64,000 nt of DNA. It comes from Rhodosorus marinus CCMP1338 (lineage: Eukaryota; Plantae; Rhodophyta). Location of the stretch: NCBI GenBank assembly GCA_029953675.1, contig JAMWBK010000007.1:1798001-1862000 (forward strand), written 5' to 3'. The position numbers and the translations under genes were made by a program. Position 1 is the stretch's first letter, and each line of letters opens with the position of its first letter. Shown in pieces: positions 12,801-25,300 of the stretch. Under the pieces are notes generated by a model that was not told the origin of the DNA, ran no database searches, and worked only from the letters and a program-made list of their open reading frames with translations.

Positions 12801-13898
12801 AGATCGAAGCGAATCACTTGACCGATCTGTCCCGAAAGGTTGTTCTGATGCGGATCGTCGTGCGGAACACATCCTCGAGCTTTATATCAAACTATTCAAT
12901 GCGGGCCGAGGTGAATGGAATTGGTATGACTGTCATCAGTCCTGCTTCGTCCATATTCTACCTCCCCGAGAATGCCGAACGCATCCGCGGTTTTACTCTC
13001 GTTCAGAATGCCGTCGAGGCCTCCGAGCAGACGGATATATTTGTAAATTTCAGCTGTACTCTGAAAGAAGGGGACTTCGAAGGGCAGTGCGAGCCTTATT
13101 CGTTGAGTTCGTATGACACGAACTTCCTCGTCACGCCTCCGAAGACGGTGCTTGGCTTTGGCGTTTGGAGACGCCGTTGGGACGTGGCTCCGTTCACAAG
13201 GAGAATGTGGGCTTTTCTGAAGCCTGATCAGACTGTTGATATGCTTGTTGAGGCAATGCAGACCACTGTGTTAGTTGAAATCGGACGTCTTCGATCGCAG
13301 GTTGGTTGCAAGTTCTCAAACTTGCCCTTTAGTCCCTCATGAAAATCGAAACGTTCCGCAGGTTCTCGAGGGTGCTCTTCGTCGAAAGTCTCAAGTTGAG
13401 GGGAACCGTCTTTTCTCGAGACTGTTGCTAACGGAAACGGTCTGCTTGCTGTTATGTTGTAACGCTGTAGGTACAGTTCTCGGCCCTTCTATGCAGCTCA
13501 ACGGCAGGCAACCACGTGCTTGTCGCAGCCTATGCACCTGAAGCAGAACGTGGTTCGGGACACGGACCATGTTTTGTTTCTATTGAAGCACGGAGTAGTT
13601 CCGGAAACCTCCCGGGGAAACTTACCAACTTGGTCAAGGATAAACTCCGATCCAAGAACATTCGCGTCCTGGTGAGGCTGTTGTATCGACGACCACCGTA
13701 GCGTGCCCCGCGACCGAATGCTTCCGTTGCTGACAACATTTCTCGTCTCCCTCTTTTTTCTGCCTCTACTAGTCTGACGAAGAAGCTTTCGCAAGCATCA
13801 AGGCCAAACCCTTCGGCTCTTTCTTTGTTGTGGATCGACCAGGAATGAATGTCCACCAGAGGTGGCGTGAAGCTCACCGCGCTCGCCTTCAGGTGTAA
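9835..13898 (+). CDS. TPLATE-like large (beta-type) subunit of the TSET/TPLATE heterotetrameric adaptor complex, multi-exon
   Basis: The N-terminus LLTLIRLQSRGVDVSSVAVDIV resembles adaptin/TPLATE trunk starts. The appendage segment IEANHLTDLSRKVVLMRIVVRN resembles Arabidopsis TPLATE IEAYHLADTNDGRVTLHLKIIN, and the C-terminal VHQRW resembles TPLATE VLQEW (both comparisons from memory). The last exon inferred is 13772-13898 (SDEEAFASIK..HRARLQV*). Confidence 0.65.
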
Positions 13899-14114
13899 GG
13901 ATCGTAGCTAGGTTTCGGATGTTAACACGCTAACTATGATTCATTCTCAGGAGGACCAGTCTTTAGCCGATTGAAAGTGTGGTCTTTTTCTCAGTCCTTG
14001 TCAGTTAAGACTGCAGCTACTGTCGATTTTGTTGTAAATAGTTTAAAAAGGAGTACTCTTACAAGAGCGACTGTCCAAGGACTTTTGGGTGCCCTGTGCG
14101 AACTACATTTCCTA

Positions 14115-15109
14115 TCAAGCTGCTTCTGCCTCGACATCGGAGCTTTGGTAAGTCCAAGCGAAGATCTTTACCACGAGAGCGAGCCGCAACACAGCTCCCT
14201 CCACAGTCAGGTATTTGGCAAGCGTGGTCCGGCTAGGTTAGGAACCGTACCATGCGCGCGTCCGCCTTCTCGAGATTTGCAGTTGACGAGCAAGCAGAGC
14301 GTCAATGAATAGACTCGAGACGCAAAGTTTTCCATGGCATAGCGATTCTATCACCATCAAGGCGGGACGTCCATACTGGAACTGCACGGAGTTTCCGGCT
14401 GGGTGCCACAACATCGGAATTTGAGCAAAGGAAAATACAAGCGTCAGTCGAGCCAATCGCTTGAAACCCCGGATGTTCTGTTGCTCGGAATCAAGCATGC
14501 GTCAGTTCTACTATTTCCCATCCCTAAGACTCGCGTGATAGAATCACGCATGCGATTCTTCTCAGCAGAAAGACTTTCTGTCCGCCCGACGCTATCCTCA
14601 TCCTCGGGAGAGAACTTTTCGGCGCTACTCTCGATACTCTCGATACAAGCATGATGCACGAATGGCCACGTACCTTCTGCGAATGAGACGACCGGCAAGC
14701 TCGGGCACCCTTCGAGACTCAGATTCGGCTAATAACCCGTCTTCATGAACGAGTCCGTCAACAGTGGTTCTGGTCAACAGCCTAGGAGGGAGACGAACCG
14801 ATTGAGTGCATGCTTTACGAAGCGACGTTGGGAGAAAGTTAAAAATCTCGTAAAGAAAAGCTCAGAAAACGTAGGTAAAGATTGTACAAAATGCTTCATT
14901 GTTTGACTAGAAAGTCTTGCTCTCTGCCAAACATATCAGAAGACATGGGTTATGCAATCAATCGTCATTGCAAGAGGAACAACGAGGTTTTGTGATTCAG
15001 TATAAATGTCCTTACCTTGAGACCTAGCTACCTGGGAAAGACCGATGAGCACCACCAAGAACGATATTCCTGCGAGCGGGTAGGACAGCAGGCACACGGA
15101 ACGGATCAT
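14115..15109 (-). CDS. Hypothetical spliced membrane or secreted protein
   Basis: ATG at 15109 opens a hydrophobic signal-like exon MIRSVCLLSYPLAGISFLVVLIGLSQVARSQ ending at a GTAAGG donor. An internal exon-like frame reads LLTRTTVDGLVHEDGLLAESESRRVPELAGRLIRR, and a hydrophobic C-terminal frame reads AVLRLALVVKIFAWTYQSSDVEAEAA*. The full exon chain is not resolved. Confidence 0.3.
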
Positions 15110-15229
15110 TCCATCTCATCAGCAATCGAGAGAGTAGAGGAACCAATAATTGCATGCAATGATAGCTAGTGCTTGCAAAGGATGAAAGTGTCAGACAAGG
15201 CTGAAAATATATAAGTAAAACTCGTCACG

Positions 15230-15250
15230 GTGCTGAGAAGTTCTCAGCAC
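15230..15250. repeat. Perfect 10-bp inverted repeat with a 1-nt spacer
   Basis: GTGCTGAGAA-G-TTCTCAGCAC. Confidence 0.9.
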
Positions 15251-17409
15251 TGCAGTTTCTATGGGAGGTTACGTGTTGATCATCATTAAAACATCCCAAG
15301 CGGGTAGCCAAAGACCTGTTCTTCTCAGAAGCAGTGCAGTTTTGTCTGGTCGTACGGCCTTACCAGGTCCTTTCAGCTTCTTCCAAACCAGCAGCGTGGG
15401 GGTGGGGGGGAGCGTTCAGGATCCTTTTCCTACAGAGCACATTGCGTTCGTGACGTTTAGACAGGAGTCGAAAGCAGTATCATAACCAAAGCAGAATATC
15501 ATGGCAGGCGATGTGCAACGTCAAATCCTTTAGAGTAAGACAAACGAAAGGAAAGGACTGGCTTTCCCCCGTTCGGGACTCGTCAAGGTTAATGACAGTT
15601 GGTAAAAAAGCAACTTTTTCGATCCTGCTTAAGGGTCAGTTTAGCACGGCAATCAAATCATGCGGAGCGTTCTCCGGAACGGAGAAACGTTCGCGTTCAT
15701 ATGACACGCATGAAAGTATGGTGCGTATCATCATTTTCTTGAAAACGGCGGGATTGTTCTCTTTGAACCCACACCATGGCTTACAAATCCAAATGTTATG
15801 ATGAACAAACAGAGCTCGAAGCATTGATTGGGATTTGATAACTTACTCTTGATCGCCTCAACGCGGCGCTACGCTGTTGCTCTCTTGATTCAACCGCATG
15901 CAACGCTTCTGTCGTTGTCAACGTCCAATTGTGATTTCCCACGAATCTCGCTGACGCTCGCAAAGGAGGATGAGCTCATGAGGTAACTGGTGAAGGGGAA
16001 ACCAAATAGTTTAGAGGAGATGACTTCATTGTCTGGTGCGTCGCTAACGCGAGAAAAAACGGTCTCGGTGTTGAGCTGCAGTAGCATCTATTAAAAGTCA
16101 GTGCTTACTGGTTTCCATCGTTTCCAACCTGTACGGAACGTCAGGACAAAGTGCGACAGTGGCGTGAGTAGATCCGGCATAGATGGTTTGGTGCTTATTA
16201 TCAGTCAGAGGGTGGCAGCAATGGAGCAGTTGGGCAGGGTTCAAGAGGTGAAAGATCTTACAAGCATAAGGGATAAATCAATTCCGAAGAAGCTTGTGAT
16301 ATCAAAAAGAAAATATAGATAGATACATGTTTCTTCCCAATCAGCCCTTGCTAGGATAAACATTCGTCGTCGGTAAGTGCGTACAAAATACGAGAAGTAT
16401 TCTGGCCTTACGACCGTTCAGACGGCACTTCCTATCTAGCAAGTTTCATCATCGAGACTATCAAACGCCTTTTTTCCAGTACAAACAATGGGACAAAGCT
16501 TCATAAACCAGAAAGCAGCATCAGGCCAAATCACTTCGAACAAAGGACGACGTGTCAGTACCTTGAACGACTCTTCAGCTTTTTGGGGGAGGCGTCAAAA
16601 GAGTCAAAGCTGCTCACTTTCAGCCGCTCCAATTCAAATCTATTAGTTCATCGGCCTTCCCCAAGAGTACAAGTCTTAAACGTTGGAAATCGTGTTCATG
16701 GCAGAGACATCCTGGAACAAACGCACCAAAAAGCATCATCAGAGACTAGAATATTGAACTAAAGAGTCACAGCTTCGAGTGCTCTGCTCCTCTGAAAGAA
16801 AAATTGATTCCTACCCTTTCGAAATCCGCAATCGTCGAATCAGCCGGCGGTTTGACAGCAACACCCTCGCCAATGAGCGTTTACATCAGTGACTCAAGAT
16901 GGATAGGGTCTAGTCCTCTTAGTCACAGCAAAATTGATCTTCCACATCTTTCATATTCGAAGATTCTCAAACGAGACCTTCCACCGTCGTCGTCGTCATC
17001 GTCGGCTGCTCTTTCTGCCACTTTTTGGGTATCTGGAGAAGAGGGGAGCTTCAATGAACCCAGATGTTCTCTTAACTACAGTAAAACGCCATTCTCTATC
17101 TTTTCAGGTCCGAAGATTCTCAGATAATCCCTCCACGTAGGTGATCGACTCCCATCACCCCTCACCCGAACGTTGCGGAGTAACACCATCAGCGTTTTCC
17201 TGTTTGAGAAGAAGATGACTTTCATGATTCCATATCACTACTGTGTTATCCTCTGAAGTACATTCTACGCCGCCTCTCTGCTTTGTCAAATCCAAAGACT
17301 TCTCGGAGAATCCCTCCCAGTGAGATCGACGACCAGCAGCCTCCAACCCCACCGCCGTCGTCCTCACAATCTGTGCCATTTAGTATCGGAGAACCAGAAA
17401 GGGGATAGA

Positions 17410-18130
17410 CATGCTCCGATCAGAGAATCTTTGAGCTGAAAAGATGTAATCTAATCGGAAATCTTGATGGATCTGCTTAAGAATCAGTTTTAAAGCATGA
17501 AATCGAAATGGACTTGAAGGAACAGCCTCTGTCGTGCATCGTCCCCACAACCAGAGCATTTTAGCGTCGAAGACGAATTCTGATCGGAGAATCTTTTAAG
17601 CTGAATGCTTTGTGATCTAAATCAGCAACGTTGATGGATCTGCTTAAGAATCAGTCTCAAAGCATGAAATCGAAACGGACTTGAAAGGAGCAGCATATGT
17701 CGTGCATCATCCTCACAACTGCGCATTTTAGCAATAAAAAACGAGTTCCGATCGGAGAATCTTTGAGCTGAAAAGGTTGTGATCTCAATCAGCAACGTTG
17801 CTGGATCTGCTTGAGAATCAGTCTCAAAGCATGAAGTCGAAACGGACTTGAAGGGACAGCCCTTGTCGTGCATCGTCGTCACAACGTGAGCATATTAGCA
17901 TCGAAGACGAGCTCGGATCAGTTGATAAGATTGCTATCATCCACGAGGTCGATGGAGCTGAAGAAGAATCAATCTCAAACCATGACGAGATGGATCTGAT
18001 TGAAAAGCTCATCATCAGCACAATCTGAATACTTCAGGAACTGCGAAGAAGACACGGAAGACGAGCTCCGACCGAAGAAGCTTTAGCTGAAAAGACTTGA
18101 TCTAGTCCGCCACCGTTGCAAAACTGCTGC
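17410..18130. repeat. Degenerate tandem repeat, ~164-168 bp unit, 3 clear and 1-2 diverged copies
   Basis: Unit anchors gatc(a/g)gagaatcttt occur at 17418, 17582 and 17750. Internal blocks ggatctgctt.agaatcagt.t.aaagcatgaa.tcgaaa.ggacttgaa and tgtcgtgcatc.tc..cacaac are shared. Diverged copies lie at ~17910-18130. Confidence 0.85.
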
Positions 18131-19182
18131 AGAGCTTGGCACTGCTTGGGGGGTTGTAATTGTTTAGCATGCGGCAGGATGTTCTTAGGGCGACAACTCC
18201 ACCCTCCCTCCAGTCGAATTGCTTAGAATACAAGTTTACATGCTGTACAAATGAGCTTTCTGACCGTCTAATTTAAGAGTGCTAAACGGAAGCATGCATG
18301 TCGACTGTGAGCACCTGGAGTCGAACTAGTATGTTCCAGGCAACTTCAACGGTTGGACTGTGCAATGGCGGTGAAGTTTTCGATTAATAGCTCTACTTAT
18401 TTCGTGTGCTACCATCCTGTCCTGCTGCTGCATCTCTCCTAGTTGGTTTTTCTCACACGCGATTCGTACATGACTTTTTCAGAACCTGCGTTATGAGAAT
18501 TGAAATGTGGTCAGTGAGGTCCCTGCGAATGGACTTTGGATTGCTTAACGAGGCGTTCGACTCGGGAGGAGGCACAGGCGCATGATGTAGAGACAACAAG
18601 AAACAACGGCGCGAAAACAAAAGCAACGGTTTTCCTTAAAAGTGGGCTTGACTACTTTATATCTTAAAATATACAGGCATGAGAGCGGAGATGACTCATC
18701 TCGTAAGCAGCCTCCCTAGGACGCCCGAAACAATAAACAATTTCAGTCTGCGTCTGCAACAGCAGCTGATGCGGTGTTCGACAGGAAAAGTGAATAGGCA
18801 GGACAAAAAAGTGCCAGAGCTTTTGTGCACGAAATGGTAATTCGGCAATGTGAAACAGTAAAAGAGGTCAAGGAAATATATCTTCGGCGGAATCAACTAT
18901 GAAACCTGCGTGGGTTGTCTGCTAGTTGTAGCTCTCCAGCCCCTAACTCGTCAGCCATACGGAGCACGTGCCAGGCAAAATGGTCGAGTTATGGAAACAA
19001 GCAAATTTCCAAGGGTGTTCATGCAGCTTGTTCACCTTCTTCACTGGTTGGCATCTTGTTGTATACTGGGAATTCGAAGAAGAATATCTTCTTGATCACA
19101 TCAGGGATTTTCTATAAACCGAAGGAAATATTGATATGAGATTGCTGTTTATGCGCCATATCAGCTAGTGCGTTGTCTTGGA

Positions 19183-20072
19183 CTACACGCTTACCGCAAA
19201 CAAGCCGTTGGGGAACGGTATGACGTTACTCGTCTCCTTCTTGTACTTCCAGTATTCCGGCTTAGATCCATATTTCTTGTTCGCGGATTCCTCCCCGAGG
19301 TTAATGCCGGACAGGAAAAGGAGGATGGTCATGAGGAAGACCGGGCTCAGTATGGAGACCCATCTCCAAGTGTTGCCATACACTGCCGCGCCTGCGACAA
19401 AAAGTCCCCACCACATCATGAACTCTCCGAAGTAGTTAGGATCTGTACAGCGAGAGAAGGATCATGTGAGAGGACGAACTCAAAAATTCGCGGAGTGCGT
19501 ATGCAATGTTCTTGGTGCTTACGTCTTGTATATGTCCACAACCCTGCGTTGCACCAGGTACCCTTGCCCTCCGGCTTGACCTTGAATAAGGTCTTCTGCA
19601 CATCTCCAACAGCTTCGAAGAAGAACCCAATGCTCCACATAATCCACCCAATAATGTCAGCAGCGCCAATTGCTGGATTGGTGTCAACGCTGTTCACTGA
19701 TATCACCGTCAAGGATACAATGAAATTCCAGAGGAACTGGAAGGTCCAGAAGGAAATCAACTTCGCAAGATTCGAACGGATGTCATCAAACCTGTTATCC
19801 TCTCCCCACTTCAAAATACGCCACAGCAGAAATCCAGCGAGCCTCGCCGACCACACCATCACCAGAACAGTCATCACAATCTGCCTCGGGAAGTAAGTCT
19901 GGTTCAGCAGAAACGTAAGCAGAGCCGCGATCGAGAACCCAGTCCCGCCTGCGAAGTCCGTCACCTTGTCGAACTTGAACGCGTACGCAATAAGAAAGAA
20001 GATAAAATTCCATCCGAACAGGACCAACGCCGTGATCCCCAAATAGTTCTCATCTAAAACCTGAACCGCCAT
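19183..20072 (-). CDS. DUF1295 family (steroid 5-alpha-reductase-like) membrane protein, 2 exons
   Basis: MAVQVLDENYLG..KFDKVTDFAGG..WSARLAGFLLWRILKWGEDNRFDDIR..FEAVGDVQKTLFK..GLWTYTR, spliced to HPNYFGEFMMWWG..GINLGEESANKKYG. Confidence 0.92.
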
Positions 20073-21799
20073 ATTGAGCAACACATCAACACACACACAC
20101 ACACACAGAAAACAAATTACCAAAACGTTCTATTCACAGTTTCAAATACTTTCTCCTCTGATGTTCCCCCTCCTCATCCCCCTATCTAATTCAGAAATCC
20201 CACACAGACTAAATACCCTTGCATTCTGCCTGGCACTCAGCGCACTTCCAATCACGTCTTCTCCACAAAGCAATTGGAGTAGAGGCAATGTTCAGTGTCG
20301 GCAAGATTATGCCAAAGATGGTCTGAATTATGGTGTTTTTGGGTGTAAGTGGATTAAATAAATGAATTATTCAGGTAAATTTGGACTATGTCTCAGAAAA
20401 GGAATTTCGGACACTCTAATTTTTGTCACCAGTTGGACTACTTAAGATGAGCGAAAGCTACCAGAAATTTTATTATTTTTGAGGCGGGCGATCATTGGCT
20501 GACCACATGACGACAAAAATCGGCCAGAGTTTTTTTTAAAGGCGAATCGAGGATGAAGTTGTGCGTGGACTGAATTGAATGGATGAAACTCGATAAAAAT
20601 TAAGCAAACAATTTACGTTGTAGATATATTTTCCTTAAAACGTGACATTTTGGCCACACATAACGTTAAGTGAGGTAAGAATTGATAGAAGATCGTCCCA
20701 GATTTCTCCAGAGCGTTGCAAAGTACTAAAATTAGAATTATATATTTGGCGAAACGTCGGTGTCGTTTGGAATTTGACTATTTATTGGATAATTCCGCAT
20801 GTATTTCAATATTAGGATTTTCTGTTGGTTTTTTGGTGATGTTTGCTTGTTTTGTGGAATAAAATTTCCTCCGGATTTTTTTGGGACGCTCTTTTTGCAA
20901 TGCGAAAAGGGATGGGGAAGAGGATATCGCCAATCGCACAGACAGGATTGATTATCACCGTTGATCGATGAGGTTGTGTATGTTATCGCTGGAGGCTGTC
21001 TTCTCCCTGCATGTGTGCTTGTGCTCGGTTTATACATGCTGAGAGTGGTTGTTGAGATAATCTGTGAGTTCTGACGGTGCATTGCGTGCCTTTTTCGTTC
21101 TTTTGTAGAATCTTTTTCTCGAGTTGTGGCAGCGATTGTTTGGTCCCGATAGTATTTCAAAACTCCGGGCACCCATCCATCAGCTCTTTTGGTTCTGCTT
21201 CTGGACTCATCTGAGCTATGGATTGTTTTCCGGAGAAGGAAAGTTTCTTCAGCTGGTCAACTGTCCAGGCGAACAATCCCCAAAAAAGCGTCGTGGAGGT
21301 CCACTCAAGCGAAAGCGTGAATTGTTTTTTTTTGTCCGGATTGATTTGTCGCTTCTTTCCCTTGAGTTCAGAATACTTCTAAGCAAGGCATTTGCTAAGC
21401 CCAATGGCGTGCAGAAGGGCACCCGATCAGCGAGTCTGGATGCAGGTACGCTTGAGGTTGCGCTGCAATTACAGTTCCCCCGGAAGAGGATGCTAATGAC
21501 ATTCCCGTGAGAACTCGCCACATCGACAGAACATGACAAGCTGGTGTCTCACTGTCAGCGGTCACCCAGAACGAAATATCTAATCAACAAGAGGGCGCGC
21601 GGACGTGCACTTGTAAGTATCATCGAGCTGTCCATAAGCCTGCACACACGGAGTTTGCTTCAAGCACTTCCAATGGTCACTGTTCCGAGTCTGCGCTTAC
21701 TCCATCTTGAATTCATCGTGAGCATGTTTTCATGGTAGAGATCTGTTGTGGAGCAGCGCATTCCACCTCTAGTCCAGGTTTCCTATCTCGTCTGACAAG

Positions 21800-23830
21800 T
21801 TTGTCTTTTGAATGGATCAGATGTAATTAATTTGCTGGGGTGATCGTTCAGTTCCATTCAGAGACGTGCATGACAGAAAAACTCTGTTCCGGGGCCCTGC
21901 TGTCATGCGGCTGCTACATGTTCGCGCTTTTCGCAAAGCTGGTACCATTGCCGGTCCCCCCAAATTGAGGAAACAACCTGTTAGGGAGCCATTTTGGTGC
22001 TCTCACTCGAATCCCCATTGTCCACTCGATCGAGCCCCCGGCATGCCGCGGGAAGTAGAACCGATTGATTTTAAGCATTGCCTTGGCTGAACGTCGCTCA
22101 GGGTGGACCCTAAGCTAAAAGAAATCGCAATGTATAGACTGCCTTGGTCTACAATCGCCTTCTTGCGGATGCTGATAGTCCGAGAATTTCTCGTCCAGTG
22201 GATAGGCGAACTCTCGGCGCCGAACACGGACTCTGAACTACCCTCACCGACGAGAACGACTATCCTGCCTGCAACTGCCTGTCATACAAACAAACATTGC
22301 AGGCGATTTCGATCTCGAAGCATCGGAACAACCTGGTTTAAACAATATTTTTCGGCGATTCGCAACCGTCACATTGATAGCCTGCCGTAGTTCGGATATT
22401 GAAATTGGAGCCAGCGATCATTTTTCGGATATGCTGGCAAATGATGCTAATCCAAACGTCAAGGTGATAGCACTCTCAAATAAGCGTAGCTCACCATTTA
22501 CCTTGGACCGATTCCTGGATGACGGACAAGACCGTCAACCGCTTGTTGCAAGTTTCGTGTGCTCGGTGAGCAAGCTCGAAAAAATTAGAGATGGACGAGG
22601 ATATACATAGCCATTGAAATCTAAATGTTCAAATGCTTCTTGCCTTGCGCATGCTACTCTTATTGGATCTTCCATATGAACTCTGTCCCAGCCCATTGCG
22701 CTGGTCGTGTGAGTTATGGGATCACCCGACCAACCACAGGTGCGCTCGAGATACTCTCGTGGTCAATGTCATTCATGGACCGTTAACCTGGTCAATAATG
22801 ACCCCCCATGCGAACTGTCAACCCTCTCCAGAAGTTTTTGTAACTCCGTAGCGGGGACGACCTCCATCCTAACGACTGGGACGTACATTAACTCATCGAT
22901 TATTCAGAGACGGCAATGCGCAGGGAAGAAGGCAAGGCTCAAAGGTGAGAACCAGACTCCAACAACCAAGCCGGCAGTAGCCCGCCACAGCATACAAACC
23001 ACTCAACGAAGAGAGGAAACGTTCTGACTGCGTCTCATCGCCATCGCGAAAACAGTCACGAAGCGCTGCGGCGCAGGAACTCACAACGAACTCGGAGAGC
23101 TAGCACTACAACGCCCAACAAACCGCTATGACAAAGAATCGGTGCTTGTGCTACGCTAACCCAAACCTTGCACTGGAACTCTAAAACTTCAAAGCCAGGC
23201 CAAGGGATGCCAAAAAGGTGTGCTTCCTGCGCTCCAACTGTGCATCCCCATAGAGCGCGAAGAAATCATGAAAAGCCAATTGCCCATTGCCCTTCCGTCC
23301 TCCCTAGCTGTCATTATGCGATTGGTCTTTGTATGTAGTCAATTCGAAAATATCTCGACGTCAACGAACTCGTTTGCGAGCCGTATGAGCCGAGAAATCG
23401 GAACAGATTGAGGGATTATGGTTGCACGAGCATTAAATATCCCAATGAATTCAAAAATAGTACATGCAGATGTCCCCCACCTTTCCCCCCCAAAAGTAGT
23501 GACCGGACGTCCCTTTCCACATGCGTAACCATTGTGCGCGCGCTGCGTTGCCAGTCGAAATTGAAGACTCAGTTGGCTACACAGGCTACACAGGATAAGA
23601 ATTCGAGCAGAACCGGTCGAGGAGGGCAACAATACGGCTATGTCGGGGATCCAAAGCGTTCCTTCCGTTGCGCACCTGAATTCCGTCTTGCGAAAAAGCA
23701 AGCAAGCAATAGCTCCAGCAGCCACGCAGCCATTCCATCAGAAAAAAAAAAAAAAAGCAACATCGGAACGCAGCTTCGACGGAAAACTATCCCGATCGAT
23801 GTCATCAACGGCGAGAAAGATTTATAGAAA
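21800..23830 (-). pseudogene. Decayed coding sequence, probably a von Willebrand factor A (VWA) domain protein pseudogene
   Basis: Long near-open minus-strand frames are broken by stops and frameshifts. They contain VWA-like segments in the correct order: TFGLASFAS, ELRQAIN, GRIVVLVGEG (degenerate ivllTDG) and KAIVDQGSLYIAISF. An upstream ARILILCS..TIFEFIGI..LIRLANEFVDVEIF may be a second domain. Recognised by pattern only. Confidence 0.4.
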
Positions 23831-25103
23831 ACATAAAAGCGAGGATCATCGTTCCTCTCCATTCCGGAAAGGATAGCTGCTGTCCAGCTGCCGCCATCAT
23901 TCCCTCAATGCAACTTCATTGCAACCCGATCGGAGTGACCACTCCAACGACCCTCCTCCAGCGAAGATCAGCAAAGCTCACTGCCACGACTATTCATTTT
24001 CACTAAAAATAAAAATGAAATGACTATAAACCCATTTGAATATACCAATACAAGACTATGATAGTTGAATATATAAACTAATTATTCAGATATATAGTAA
24101 ACAGTAATAAAAATATTCCACGTGTCCTAAATCAATCAAAACAATCTCGTTCAATGTGGACAGGTGGGGTAGATTGGTTGCAAGTTGATAGTTAAGAATT
24201 TGAAATTTTTCTGTGCATTTTTTTTGACGAAGTTCGGATTTCTTCTTTTCCCACCGACCCCCTCTTCCCCCTGACAAAAGTCCTTCTAGGGTCTTCGCAA
24301 CAAGGATTGGGAAACTTCTTGCTTTTTTTTTTTTTTGAACGGAGAGGAAAGGATACTATTGGTAAATATCCAGTCAATTATCCTATCAATAGTCAAGAAT
24401 TCTCCCCCGCAGCTTTTTATCGTTTCCTCTGAAAATCAATCGTTTTGAAACAAGCGTTGGCTATCCTTCATTGGCTTATTAAACATGAAAATCGTAAATA
24501 AATGCTAATGAGTAATTCGACTATAATCAGGAAAAAACAACACCCAAACTTTTAAAAAAAGGCAATATTCACTCCCCTCCCGTTCACTAGCCTAAAACCT
24601 TTAATAAGTCCATCTAAACAAAAAAAAAGACACCGGGTCATACTTCCTTTGCTCCATGTTCTCTCCTCCCACTTCGATTTTTCAAGGGAAGGGGTTGTGT
24701 TGGGTGTGTAGGGCCAGGGGCGGGGGAAGGTAGTGAGACCACTCATGGTCTATTCTCCTCTGCTGGTCCATTTTCTTCCTTCATCTTTGAGAAGTAAGAA
24801 AAGTTGAACAAAACTAACAACCACCTCCCAGACCGCACAAATTCTACTATTCTTTAAATAAAATCCAACCAAACCTTTTATTGATAGATTTATTGATTGA
24901 ATAATTATGTTAACCAATCGTTAACCTCCACTAATAACGTTTTTCGGTTGACCAAATGGGATGGATGGTTGTTCTGGACCCCTTGGAAGATGTAACGAGC
25001 GAAAAAATAAGTATAACGAGATTTTTAGGTGAAATTGATTGTATTGAGGATTAGGGAATTAAATAGCAGGGGGGGGAGGTTTTAAGTTGCTTTAAAATTT
25101 ATG

Positions 25104-25300
25104 GGATTGGGGAATTTTCTGAATTAATATGGTTTAAAGGGGTAGGAGGGAGCGGTGTTGGGATTTGTGCAGTTTCGATAGTAAAACTGGGGAAATTTTT
25201 TATTAGTCGGGATTTTGCTGGAAATTAATATGGTTTAAAGAGGTAAGAGGGAGCGGAGTTGGGATTTCTGTAGTTTTGATAGTAAAACGGGGGAAATTTT
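25104..25300. repeat. Tandem duplication (~101 bp period) upstream of the desaturase
   Basis: aattaatatggtttaaag.ggta.gagggagcgg.gttgggattt.tg.agttt.gatagtaaaac.ggggaaatttt starts at 25122 and again at 25223. Confidence 0.9.
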
